Positions 11,566-23,088 of a DNA stretch of 64,000 nt are shown piece by piece (positions within the stretch are counted from its first letter, which is position 1; each line of letters starts with the position of its first letter). This stretch comes from Balamuthia mandrillaris (Eukaryota): contig JAVKOQ020000002.1 in assembly GCA_031835245.2 (NCBI GenBank), forward strand, positions 1 through 64,000, written 5' to 3'. Made by a program: the position numbers and the translations under genes. Under the pieces are notes generated by a model. The model was not told the DNA's origin and made no database searches. It saw only the letters and a list, made by a program, of their open reading frames with translations.

Positions 11566-14500
11566 CACCATGGCAACAACAACAACGGGTCCTCCTCATC
11601 TTCTTCCTCATCATCAGGACATCCTCCGTCCTCTAACAAGCACACCTGCCGCAAGTGCTCAGTGCCCTGGCATCCTGGTCATCAGTGTAAACCTCACCAG
11701 TCGGCAGCACTCAACTCTAGCCAAGCGCAGACATCATCATCTCAGCAATTGGCGTCAACATCATCACCACCTTCATCATCATCTCCTTCACCAGCTACGC
11801 CTCTCCCTGGCACCAACCAGCCATCAACAAACGCACTGGACGCTACTGCAAAGCAGGAGTTCATGGAAGCTGTCCGCCATGCTTGGGAAATTCAAGGCAA
11901 CGTAGAGCTTGCTGCCCTCAACCTTAACTCCCTCCTTCACTCTGGCAATGCTCCCGACTCTGCTGCGGATGATTCCAGCCCTGCAGTCACCCCTGAAGCT
12001 ATCCATGCAGAAGGTCTCCATGCAGATGACAATGATGATGTAAAAGATGACTGCAAGGACAAAGTGGAACCTCCTATCACGGCTCCCATCCTCCTTAACC
12101 ATCAGCACACCACAGCCTTCATAGACTCTGGTGCATCTCACTCCTTCATCTCTCCAGCAGCAGCAGAAAAATACCTCCACCCAGCATCCTGTGAATGCCA
12201 TCACACCATTATCTCCCACATCAATGACATGGAGATCACATTAGGCGACAGGTCCACCACTCATGTTACCCGCTGTGCGGCACACGTCCGCATTGACTGT
12301 GGCTCCTGTAAGCTACATCACCACTTCTTCATCATGCCACTTCAAGGTGAGCATGAGATCCTTTTTGGCAGGGACATCATGTGATGCATTAGCGTTGGTC
12401 TTTTTGGCCTTCCTGTGTGTTATTCTCTCCCTAGCGAATGAGAAGAGTTCAAGGAAGACGACTCCAACATGTCTGACAAAGATCAGTGTGTTGAGCTTCC
12501 TCCTCCTCCTGACACTGCTCGAAAAATTGCCAAGGGCATCCGTGACACGCTCCAACGCAACCAGCAAGTGCCTCATGGCCCCAGCAGTACTCTTCCAGAG
12601 AGTGTCATATACCTCAACACCAGTGATGCCAAACCCGTTTTTCATAAGCAGTACACCATTCCTAAGGTGTATCATGATGCGGTTTTCAGGCAACTTACTG
12701 AATGGCTCCGACATGGCATCCTTGCGCTATCCTCACTTGACTGCCAGTGGAATTCTCCCATCCTTCCAGTTCCCAAAAAGGATGAACACAGAAAATGGTT
12801 GAAAGTCAGGGTCTGTATTGACCCTGGTGGCATTAATCCTCTCCTTGCTGACAACGAGTACCTGCTTGAGGACACCAAAGTCCTCATTGAACAAGCTCTA
12901 GGCCTCAAATGGGCTACCCTCTTGGACCTCATCTGGTCCTACAACCAAATCCTGGTTTATCCACCACATCAGGAAAAACTTACCTTTATGTGGTATGGCG
13001 TATGACTCAAGTTCATGGGCGCACCTTTTGGCATCAAGCACATTCAGGCTGTCATGTCCTGTTTCATTGCAGCCGCCCTCTGCCTCTTGATCAATATCTC
13101 ATCCCACTACATGGATGACATCCTGGTCTTCACCAGATCCTCTTCACTGGAACAGCACATCAGTGACATCATTAAGGTCATTGATGCCCTCACTGTTGCA
13201 GGCCTATGCCTCCACCTCGAGAAATGCCAGTTTGGATATACCTGAGTGCGACTCCTTGGTCATATTGTATCAAGAGATGGCCGCCTACCCGACCTAGAGA
13301 AAATATCTATGTTTTCTACTCTGCCTACTCCCACCACAGGCAAACAAATACAGAGCATCCTAGGTTTTACCAACTTCCTTCAGGACTACATTCCTCGCTA
13401 CACAGAGATCATGGCACCCCTTGAGCCTCTCTGGAACGTCCCAGACATCTGACCTTATTGGAATGACGACTGTCAGCAAGCACTTGATACTTTCAAGCAC
13501 ATCATCTCCAGTCCAACTATCCTAAGCATGCCAGATTGGAACAAACCCTTTTGTGTTGGCACCAATGCTTCTCAGCATGGTGTTGGCGCTGTACTATACC
13601 AGGAAGATGACAACGGCAAATGCAGCTACATCTGCTTCACTAGCAAGGCTCTTAACCCTGCTCAATGCAACTATCCCTCAATCAAAAGAGAGCTGCTTGC
13701 CATCATCTTTGCCCTCTGCAAATTCCACTACTATTTCATCAGCCAACATTTCCTGCTCTATACGGACCACAGACCTCTTGTGCATCTTTTCAACGCAAAA
13801 GATCTTAACAGCATGCTTGCTCACTGGGCTCTTGTCATTCTTCACTATGACTTCAAGGTTTTCCACCGGCCTGGAATTCACCACATTTTAGAGGACTCCC
13901 TTTCACAGTTGTACTCCCCTCCCATCCTCAGCAATGCACTGCTGAACATCCCTCAAGTTCCTCAGAATGCCAAAACTCTGGCCCCAAAGCCCAGAATTAA
14001 CAACATCAAACTCAATGACAGCCAACTTTTGGCTCCCTCATGCATGTTGAACGACTTCATCAAGGACCTCCTCAGCAAAATGGTTCCTCCACCTAACAAA
14101 TGTCAACAAATCTTGGAGTGATTTCACTCCATCAGCCATGAAGGCACAGAAAGCCTTCTTCACAAAGTTCTCAAGGAAGGTTACTTTTGGCCCAACATCC
14201 GCAATGACTGCCACAACACAGCGCGCCATTGCAAGGAATGCCTCTGCTTCAACATCACATGGCTTGGCTTCCACCCCCTCAAGTCCATCAATGCTACCTT
14301 TCCTTTCAAGCATATTGCCATCGATCTGACCGGCCCCTTGCAAACCGACTTCATGGGCTATCAGTACATCTTCATCATCACAGACATCACCACTCGCTTT
14401 ACAATCCTCTGCCCTCTCAAGGACAAATCTGCAGAAGAAGTCTCCCGCGAGTTTGTCAAGATCATCTGCGAACTCGGCTTCCCCAAAATAGTCCAGTCTG

Positions 14501-15330
14501 ACAACGGCACTGAATTTGTCAACAAAATCATGTCTGCGGTACATGACCAGGCAGGTTTTGACCACTGGTTCATCTCCTCATACCACCCTTGAGCCAATGG
14601 AGCTGCAGAAAGCCACGTCAAGCTCACCAAATCCATGCTTCTGAAATCCCTTAAAGGTGACCTCGGACACTGGTCTACCTTCCTCCCCATCACACAATTC
14701 GCCTTAAATCAGTGAATATCCCATCACTCAGACTCCAAACCCTTTGAGCTCTTCTTTGGCAGACCTCTTTCTTACCCGGACAACTACTTTAACAGCATAT
14801 CCAAACTCAAAACTCCACGTGAGATCATCTCTCTCACCAAGGTCATGCTGCAAATCATCTACCCTTCCATCTACAAAAAGGTTGCCAAATACTCCGCCAA
14901 CGTAGAAAAGTACTTCAACGCAACGAACAAAATTGTCCACTTTTCTCCTGGGGACAAGGTGATGCTGAAAAACTCCTCAGCAAACTCTAAAACTGACCCC
15001 AAATTTCTCGGTCCCTTCATCATCCACCACTGCACTGATAACGGAGCCTACGTCCTTCAGGACATCACTGGTGACATACTCCCTGACAAGGTTCCTCCAA
15101 GTGCTCTCAAGCCTGTGGATCCCGACACTCCTTTTGAAGACGAGCACTATGAAGTGGAAAAGATCCTCAACCATGACGGCCCACCTTCTGACTGCTACTA
15201 CCTTGTGAAGTGGAAAGGATACCCCGACTCAGACAACTCTTGGGTTGCAGCCAAGGACTTCAGCTCTCAGCGACCCATCTCCACCTACTGGGGGAAGAAG
15301 TACCCCAAGAAACGTCACAAACGGCGTTAG
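11566..15330 (+). pseudogene. pol: Gypsy gag end + pol (protease, RT, RNase H, integrase, chromodomain)
   Basis: CRKC..WHPGHQC knuckle; FIDSGASHSF; YMDDILV; T(N)AS and YTDHRPL; QSDNGTEF; GPF; YEVEKIL..YLVKWKGYPDSDNSW chromodomain; all fragments are in one frame. Confidence 0.95.
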
Positions 15331-15351
15331 TTCTCTTTGGGAAGGCAGTGA

Positions 15352-15562
15352 TGTTGGAAAACCAACAATTCACGTCATTTTGACTTCCTGTCAACACTTT
15401 CCCTGGATACCCCAAATTCTCTCACCCCTTTTTATTTTCCCTTTTTCCTCATGACACACTCAAAGCACACACTTTGGTCCACACCTCTTTCCTTGTGAAT
15501 AAACCCAGAGTCGCTTATGTGCTGTCCCTTTCTTGATCTGCAGGGTTTATCCCCCATCAACA
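15352..15562 (+). repeat. Gypsy 3' LTR (211 bp)
   Basis: Matches the 5' LTR; preceded by the PPT. Confidence 0.95.
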
Positions 15563-16077
15563 GACTTGCTTCCTTGGGCAGAAAAGCTTGCTGCTGATGC
15601 TTTATTCAGCAAAGAGATGAAAACCAAGAGAGTAGGTCTGCATGTGTGACACAACAGCTGTGCGGACTTGCTTCCTTGGGCAGAAAAGCTCAATGCTGAT
15701 GCTTCTTCAGCAAAGAGATGAAACCAAGGGAGTAGGCTGTGCGGACTTGCTTCCTTGGGCAGAAAAGCTTGATGCTGACACTTCAGCAAAGAGATGAAAC
15801 CAAGGGAATAGGTCTGCATGCGTGACACAACAGCTGTGTGGACTTGCTTCCTTGGGTAGAAAAGCTCAATGCTGATGCTTCTTCAGCAAAGAGATGAAAC
15901 CAAGGGAGTAGGCTGTGTGGACTTGCTTCCTTGGGCAGAAAAGCTCACTGCTGATGCTTTATTCAGCAAAGAGATGAAAACCAAAGGAGTAGGCTGTGCG
16001 GACTTGCTTTCTTGGGCAGAAAAGCTTGCTGCTAATGCTTCATTTAGCAAAGAGATGAAACCAAGGGAGTAGGTCTG
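15563..16077. repeat. Satellite, right part (~6 units)
   Basis: Same unit as 3372-3486, in long and short variants. Confidence 0.92.
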
Positions 16078-16499
16078 GCTAGGATGAAGGACAACATTCC
16101 TGCAGGCTTGATGCTGTTGCACCACTTGTGGTGCACGATGATCAGCAAACAAAAAAGCTGAAGCAAAAGTGGTAGTTCTGAGAGTGCATAAGATGGTCGG
16201 TTGGTTGGTTAGTTAGTTGGTGATTCAAAAAAAAGAAACAAGAGAATGAGTTGAGAAGTAAGCAGGTTCTGAGCCAGCCAGCTTGTGGGTTGGTCCTGAG
16301 GTAGTTATGGCTCTCATGTCATCATGAAAGTCAAACATTTCATCTCATCCTTTTTCTCACTGATGATTCCCTTCTTATAGGTCCGTTGGTTGGTTAGTTG
16401 GTTAAGAACCAAACCAACTGTTGTGAGGTACATAAAGATATACTTGAGGCTCTATTGCAACACTGAAACAGCAAATAAATCAATTCCACCATAAATCAC

Positions 16500-16820
16500 A
16501 CTTTCTCAGCCTTCTGCGGCTTCCTTGCATTCTCTGCCTCAGGCGGCTTTGCTGCCTTTGGCAGGTGGCCTTCAGCCACCCTCTAGAAGCCTGATAGACC
16601 CATATTTTCAACAGAAAAAGCAGGAAAGCAATATTTGTCTTGTGATTCCACTGGAAATTGCTCTTTTGTGACATTCAGCTGTTTCCTCATGGTTTCTACC
16701 TCAGGCAGCTTTGCCAACTTTGGCAGGTGGCCTTCAGCCACCCTCTAGAAGTCTGGTAGCACCACATTGTCACCAAAAAAATTGCCAAAGTAACATCTTC
16801 AACAGAAAAAGCGGGAAAGC
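16500..16820. repeat. ~180-bp tandem repeat, target of the Penelope-like insertion
   Basis: CCTCAGGC(A/G)GCTTTGC..CTTTGGCAGGTGGCCTTCAGCCACCCTCTAGAAG occurs twice here; a third unit follows at 22759-22890. Confidence 0.85.
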
Positions 16821-17198
16821 AACGACACGCTTTGCGTGCGTTTGTACCGAGCAGGTCATCCTCGTAGGTCTCTTCCATCTCTCTCTAATAAGGTTCTTCT
16901 TTCAAAAGAAACAGAGAAGATAAGAACAAACCAATCAGGAACAACTGGTATGCTGAAGCAAAAAAATCATAAGAACAATATTTTGGCAAGCGGTTGTATT
17001 TGCAAAAGAATTTTGTTTCAAGAGTAGAGGTGAGCGGGGCCATAACCCCCCGTCAAGGTTCGCAAGGCCTTGAGCTCAGAAATAAATCTTCTTTTCCCTT
17101 CCTTCTGTCTGCCTTCTTGTTGATTCTAGCCCAATTGTTTTATTGGGCTCAGTACAAACTATAAGGGTGGCATACAGGTCAACAGCAGCATCCATAGT

Positions 17199-18725
17199 AT
17201 GATTCTTTTCATCGCTTGGAGCTTGCCATCCCTGAGACCCCCAATATATCCAAGAGCTATGAACCCCCCAAACAGTTTTGCGGCTTCCCCATTCAGACTG
17301 CCCCCCGGCGCCTTTTCTACCGGACAACCCCCGGTCTTCTTCCCGGCCTCTGCCCTTCCCCCTCCCACGGCATACTACCCACCTTCTGGACAGTACCCCC
17401 CTCCCAACTTTCCTTCCCCCTACACCACCACCCCCTTGGTGTTCCCTTACTCGATGCAGGCAACAAATACCGGTCAGCAAGCCCCTTTCACTACCGCCAC
17501 CTCTCAGCCCTCTAACAAAGGAGACTGGGACAGCCACGACCCTTCTTTTTCCGGCTGCTGTAAAAAGTGCAGCAACTGGTGCCGTGTTAGAGTGGTGTCA
17601 AAGTCGGACAAGGGGAACCGAGGAAGAAGATACTGGTGGTGCCAGTCCTGCAAGCAGTTCCAAGCCTTTGCGGATCCCCACAGGACTGTCTATGACCCCA
17701 ACATTCACCCTCCCATCTCAAGAGTACTGGATGATGGTGTCACCCTCCTGTTCAAAGTAGGGTCTGAACCTGAAAAGAGCATGAATCCAGCCACAAGTCA
17801 GCAGGCTTCCCCTCCCCTCTCCTCTTCTACAGCTATAGCTGTTCTTCCCCCTCCCCCTGCTCCCTCCTCCTCTTCTGCCGCTACCTCTTCCTCCTCCTCC
17901 TCCTCTTCACGCCAAAGACAACAGAAGACAAGCAACTCCAGCGCTACCACAGCCAACAACCCCGCCTCGGATGAAATCATCTCACAGGTGGAGGACGTGG
18001 CTACAGTGGTGAAGGAACACGCCTGCCTTCTTCAGCTGCACACCACACAGGTGTGTAGCATCTATGCCCATCTCAAGCACCTCAAAAAGGCAGCCGGCCT
18101 CAACTGTAAAGGTCAACCGAGGGAACATTTGGTTGGCTCACTGGCAACCTACAGGCTTTGTTCTACCTCCTCTGCCAACCCCTCTTCCTCCTCCCCTGCT
18201 ACCTCCTCTTCCCACAGAGACAAAGGTAAGGAACATACCCCAATATGTTCCCCCTCACTGAAGAGATGTGCCGCATGTAGCAAGACCGAGGACAGGAACC
18301 ACTACAACCCTACTAAAACACGCCGCCGTTACTCACACTCCCATTCCCGCTCCCATTCCCACTCCCGCTCTCACTCTCACTCCCGCTCCCGCTCCTCCTC
18401 ACGCACTCACTCCATGTCTCGCTCACACACTTGCTCCATGTCTTGCTCACGCACTCGCTCCCTCTCCCACTCACCAACCCCTCTGCTCAGAGGTCAAGCC
18501 CCCACCTCACCTCCCAACCCCACCCAGATGGCAACAAACCTGCTCAACTCCATCGCCGCTGCTAGCAACCACCAGGTACCCAACCCGGCAGTACCCGCAA
18601 ACAAGCCCGTTCGTCTTGCCAAGCGTCAGGCAAAAGCCAACAACACCAGCAGCGACCCAAAGAACAGCAAAGAGAGATGTTCCCACCTGAAAGGAAATGG
18701 AACAAACAGCTCTCAACGCTCATAA
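17199..18725 (+). CDS. PLE ORF1: Pro-rich N-terminus, GRF-type zinc finger, coiled segment, RS-like repeat
   Basis: Open for 508 codons; CKKCSNWCRVRVVSKSDKGNRGRRYWWCQSCKQFQAFAD fits zf-GRF; HSHSRSHS tract looks like a CpG-decayed RS repeat; TATAAG at 17160. Confidence 0.65.
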   Translation: MILFIAWSLPSLRPPIYPRAMNPPNSFAASPFRLPPGAFSTGQPPVFFPASALPPPTAYYPPSGQYPPPNFPSPYTTTPLVFPYSMQATNTGQQAPFTTATSQPSNKGDWDSHDPSFSGCCKKCSNWCRVRVVSKSDKGNRGRRYWWCQSCKQFQAFADPHRTVYDPNIHPPISRVLDDGVTLLFKVGSEPEKSMNPATSQQASPPLSSSTAIAVLPPPPAPSSSSAATSSSSSSSSRQRQQKTSNSSATTANNPASDEIISQVEDVATVVKEHACLLQLHTTQVCSIYAHLKHLKKAAGLNCKGQPREHLVGSLATYRLCSTSSANPSSSSPATSSSHRDKGKEHTPICSPSLKRCAACSKTEDRNHYNPTKTRRRYSHSHSRSHSHSRSHSHSRSRSSSRTHSMSRSHTCSMSCSRTRSLSHSPTPLLRGQAPTSPPNPTQMATNLLNSIAAASNHQVPNPAVPANKPVRLAKRQAKANNTSSDPKNSKERCSHLKGNGTNSSQRS

Positions 18726-21700
18726 CAACCCTGCCACCTTCATGGAGAAACGCCTCCATAGGATCCGTCAACGGTTCCTTGCGTTAAAAAAACTCTCTAC
18801 TCCCTCCCCTACCTCTACTAACCGCGTCATCTACGCCCTCTACTCCTTTAAATACAATCAGTCACCTATCTATGTCAGTTGGACCTCTTGCACTGCCTGC
18901 ACCCGCATTCTACAAGAAATCTCAGCAGCATACAGCCCTAACAGGGTATGCAATATCGCCCTCTCACGATTCATCCGCAGATGCGGAGGATCATACATCA
19001 GCGTCATCCCTCTACAACAAGTCCCAGAGGACATGGAACCCCTCAAGGCTGAGCACTACTGGATTCATGTGCTGCAAACGCAAGCCCAATGGAGATACGA
19101 CCAAAAACTAAACCACCACAGCCATCATGCCAACAAACATCGCCGCCTTCGCAACAAAAAGAAATTCAACCCACCTATCCATGTTTGCCGCCACCCTCCT
19201 TGCCACCAGCCAACTGTACAACCTCCGAGCTTCTTCTTCTTCCCCTCCTCTCCCTCTTCCCCCTCCTCCTCCCCATCCTCTTCATCCTCCTCCTCTCCTC
19301 CCACACTACCTCCACCTTCTCTGCTACCGCTCTCAGTCTCAGTCTATGCCCCCGGCAACAGCAGGCAATGTTCCAAGCAACTGTCCAACCTACCTAAGCC
19401 TCAACGCCACCGTGACTACTTCCGCCGGGTATACTCTCTTATGAAAGTCAAGGATTTGAAGCTCAAGGACCACCTGGCTCACATCCGTGACCGACACATA
19501 CAAGGCATGCTCTCAGCCATCATTGGGAAGAGACTCACTACAAGTGGGAAGGCCCTCCCACCTAGCGTCCAGGTTACCCAGCATCACCACCACGTCTGCA
19601 ACACCCTCACTGCGGAGTGATGCAAGACCCTCCGAGATGCCCTCCTGGAACATTTGGATAACAGCCATGCCAAGCCATCCTCCAAGAAATGACCACCCCG
19701 TCACCCCCTTCCCCTCGAGTACTGTGCTATGCTATTCAAGCACATCAGCCTCCACAACATCTTCCACAAAGCCGCACATGTTGAGAATTACTCTCAACAT
19801 ATTAGTTCTGTTGCCCCTTTCCTTTCCTTTTCTTCCTGTTGACATCCTTGATGTGGACCAATCGCCTGCTGCCACATCACTAGGCTTCTTCCTTTTATTC
19901 CGTTGCTTCCTTCTCTCTTTCTTTTAGTTAGTTAGTTTTGTTTAGTTCACACCACACCTTTTTCTCCTGACACTCTTTGTTCCTTTGTTCCCTCTTGAAT
20001 AATACATTTTGGGCCTCCACCATGACAACTTGGGAAGATCTCGGGGGAAAGATCGGTTCTTTGCAGAAGGGGCCTCTCAACATATTAGTCATGATCTTTA
20101 ACCGCCTCGCAACACCGCTTCTTCATCTACTTCTTCGGCCCCTTCTGCAAAGAACTGATCTTTCCCCCGAGATCTTCCCAAGTTTGACCCGGATGGGATT
20201 GGCATCCTGTCATTGGCCTCCACAACATCTTCCACAAAGCCGCACATGTTGAGAATTACTCTCAACATATTAGTTCTGTTGCCCCTTTCCTTCCTTTGTT
20301 CCCTCTTGAATAATACGTTTTGGGCCTCCACCATGACAACTTGGGAAGATCTCCATGCCAACCCCTCCATTGGGAAGGCATCAAACCAGTCTTCTATCGT
20401 GGAAGGTCTGTTGGAGCAGCTCTCATCAATGCCAAGAAGGTGGTACAGGACACCACACCCAATGATATCTTCTCACCAGCTCCATGCTGGTGCAAAGAGG
20501 AACATTTTGCATCCTTTACAAATTGCTACAGCCATGTTGATACATGTGATCCCAAAGTGGTTCTGGCTCTTTCATGATCTTTCGTCGCCTCTCAACTATG
20601 CTCCCTCATCTACAAAGGTAGCAAACACGTGGAACGGGAGTTCCCCCCTGTCCATGTCATTATCAATCAGCTCTGCGGAGACACAGAACGCTTCATCACA
20701 CAAAAGACAGAAAAGCTTGGTCTCCTCCCATCCGACCTCTACAATTGGCAACAAGAGGTCCTCCGGTTGGCACATGAGTGACTGACAAGCCACCGACAAT
20801 ACACGCCTGTACACCAAGCTGTCATCAACAGTAGTAGCACTTGATCCCTTATCAAACGTATGAAGGACCTGTGGGCTATATCCCTGACAGACAAACTCTC
20901 AGGAAACCTCAGCTTTGTCTGCAAAGCTCATATGCGCCTATGGCACTTCAACTACCTATTCGATACAAAACTCTCCCTCTCTGCACCCTTCACTACCTTT
21001 CCCTCTTCCACCAACCATGACGTCTTCCCCATCCCTGCTACCTCTCCTTACACTCTCCTTCAAGAAGGAGAAGAGAGCATCATCAAGGCCCATGCTTCAT
21101 TCCTCCGCCAGTACAAGATCTCTGCCCCTAAAGGTCTTGCCACGCACTACATCATCCCCAAAAGACACAAAGACAAACCAGCGGAACGCCCCATCACAGC
21201 AGCCCTAAAAACCACCACTACTCCACTCTGCAAATACCTCCACCACTTCCTCTGTCTCCTACTCAATGAACTCAAGAAGGAGGCCCGGCTTCACAAGCTT
21301 CACACAGGACTCAACTGGTTCTGGAGCATCGAAACCTCAATGGAGGTAGTCCAACATCTACAAGAGTGGAACAAGAACCCCAAGGAGGAAGCCATCTCGG
21401 TGTGCGCCTTTGACATTGACGGGTTCTACAACAACATTGACCAGGATGACCTTATCCATGCACTGAAGGAGGAAGCAATCCGCATTGCAAAGAGGAGAAG
21501 GCGCTCCCACATCCTCATCAACCTCAAGGGTGCCCAATGGACAGGCAACCTTTGAAGCAAGGCCACAATCTCTCATGGCTCTCACATCTTCTCTGTTGAA
21601 CAGATCCTTGAACTGCTGCAATGGCAAATCAAGAACTGTGTCGTACATTATGGCAACATAGTACTCAAACAAAACCGAGGTATAGGCCAAGGGGTCAACC

Positions 21701-22329
21701 ACGGACCTGACCTTGCTAACTTCTACACCTGCCACTATGAATGCAAGTTCATGCTACAACTTCAAAAAATGGAACCCCATGTAGCACACATCTTTTCTAA
21801 ATCAGTACGAAAGATAGATGACATTGCACTCTTCAACAATCCATACGTTCACCAGTACCAGTATACGGACGGTAAGAGTCTTGGACTTTACCCCAAAGGG
21901 ATCCTCTCTCTTCAACTTCAAAACAAACCCCCTTTCCAGTCAGTAGACTATTTAAACACCACCATCTTCATTACCCAACCACCACCGGATTATAGCGGAT
22001 CCAAAACTCGAGTCTGGTGCGCCCAGACTTTCAACAAAACGGACAAGTTCTCTCTCCCGCACTTCAACTACCCCCAACAGGATACTGACTTGCCGGACCA
22101 CATCATCTATGGCGTCTTCACCTCACGACTTCACTCTTTGGCCATTACAAACATGTGACCACAAAGTTTTCTCGCCAACGTAGCAAAGCTCATGAGGAAG
22201 CTCACAGAGAAGAATGGCCTCTGTCCCTTCCGCCTTACCACTCAGCTGCAATGGTTCCTCAAGCAGCGACGGACTCTCTATGGGAGACATCACAAGGTTC
22301 TCCACTTTCTCTTTCTCCGGAAGTATTGA
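18697..22329 (+). pseudogene. PLE ORF2: GIY-YIG endonuclease + reverse transcriptase, interrupted at 19779-20352
   Basis: VIYAL..PIYVS-T; CWC..SHVDTCD; DKLSGNLSFVCK; IPKRHK..ERPI; AFDIDGFYNNID; QNRGIGQG..PDLAN; RKIDD; one frame with TGA stops. Confidence 0.88.
19779..20352 (+). mobile_element. LTR fragment with inverted and tandem rearrangement inserted in PLE ORF2
   Basis: TGTTGAGAATTACTCTCAACA start is shared with the LTR at 23803; 47-bp inverted repeat at 20028-20074 and 20137-20183; internally deleted duplicate at ~20211-20352. Confidence 0.8.
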
Positions 22330-22909
22330 TGAGGAATAGTTAGGACATCCAGAGGCTTGGAGCCTTCCCTGACTACAAAAAACAGCATGCGATCCAGCAA
22401 ACAGCTGTCCATGCATCAGAATGACACGCTTCGCGTGCGTTTGTACCGAGCAGGTCATCCTCGTAGGTCTCTTCCATCTCTCTCTAATAAGGTTCTTCTT
22501 TCAAAAGAAACAGAGAAGATAAGAACGAACCAATCAGGAACAACCGGTACGCCGAAGCGAAAAAATCATAAGAACAATATTTTGGCAAGCGGTTGTATTT
22601 GCAAAAGAATTTTGTTTCAAGAGTAGAGGTGAGCGGGGCCATAACCCCCTGTCAAGGTTCGCAAGGCCTTGAGCTCAGAAATAAATCTTCTTTTCCCTTC
22701 CTTCTGTCTGCCTTCTTGTTGATTCTAGCCCAATTGTTTTATTGGGCTCGGTACAAACATTTGTTTTCTGATTCCAGAAATTGCACTTTTGTAGCCTTTG
22801 GCCACTTCCTCACGTTCTCTGCCTCAGGCAGCTTTGCTGCCTTTGGCAGGTAGCCTTTGGCCACCTTTTAGAAGGCTAGTAGACCCTAAGAGTCAAACAA
22901 AAAAAAGAG

Positions 22910-23088
22910 TTGTGCACAATATAGTTTTATTGCTTTATTTTACCAAAAATATTCTAACTCTGTAACACTTTATTAATACCTAACATATAATATATCTTCT
23001 CATAGCCCTTGAGTTGCTCTTTAAGATGATACTATTATTATATTTTAAAAGCTGATTCTTAGGTCAAAATCGAGCATAGAACTCTAAC
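22910..23088. repeat. AT-rich 179-bp dispersed repeat, copy 2
   Basis: Direct repeat of 180-358; abuts a truncated integrase fragment. Confidence 0.85.

Larger units (their letters stand above)
3487..15562 (+). mobile_element. Ty3/Gypsy chromovirus-type LTR retrotransposon, full length, inactivated, hosting nested Copia
   Basis: TG..CA LTRs at 3487-3698 and 15352-15562; GACT target duplication (3483-3486 and 15563-15566); purine tract GGGAAGGCAGTGA before the 3' LTR; domain order PR-RT-RH-IN-chromo. Confidence 0.95.
16821..22758 (+). mobile_element. Penelope-like retroelement with N-terminal GIY-YIG (Naiad/Chlamys-like), two pseudo-LTRs
   Basis: 339-bp direct repeats at 16821-17159 and 22420-22758; GIY-YIG-like motif upstream of a PLE-type RT; the host tandem repeat rejoins across the element. 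Confidence 0.88.

Noticed and set aside
11566..15330. Alternative genetic code with TGA as a sense codon
   Set aside because: Host genes in the window end at TGA (e.g. CLLS-TGA at 62547) and show no internal TGA.
15563..16077. CRISPR-like array
   Set aside because: Units are tandem with no unique spacers, there are no cas genes, and the context is eukaryotic.
18697..22329. In-frame TGA codons in PLE ORF2 read as selenocysteine (as reported for some Naiads)
   Set aside because: The same TGA pattern occurs in the Gypsy, Copia and piggyBac ORFs and fits CGA>TGA decay; no SECIS was recognised.
22441..22755. pLTR as the LTR of an LTR retrotransposon or a DIRS terminal repeat (TGT..ACA ends)
   Set aside because: The repeat extends beyond TG..CA in both copies; no integrase, RNase H or tyrosine recombinase is seen; the RT is PLE-type.
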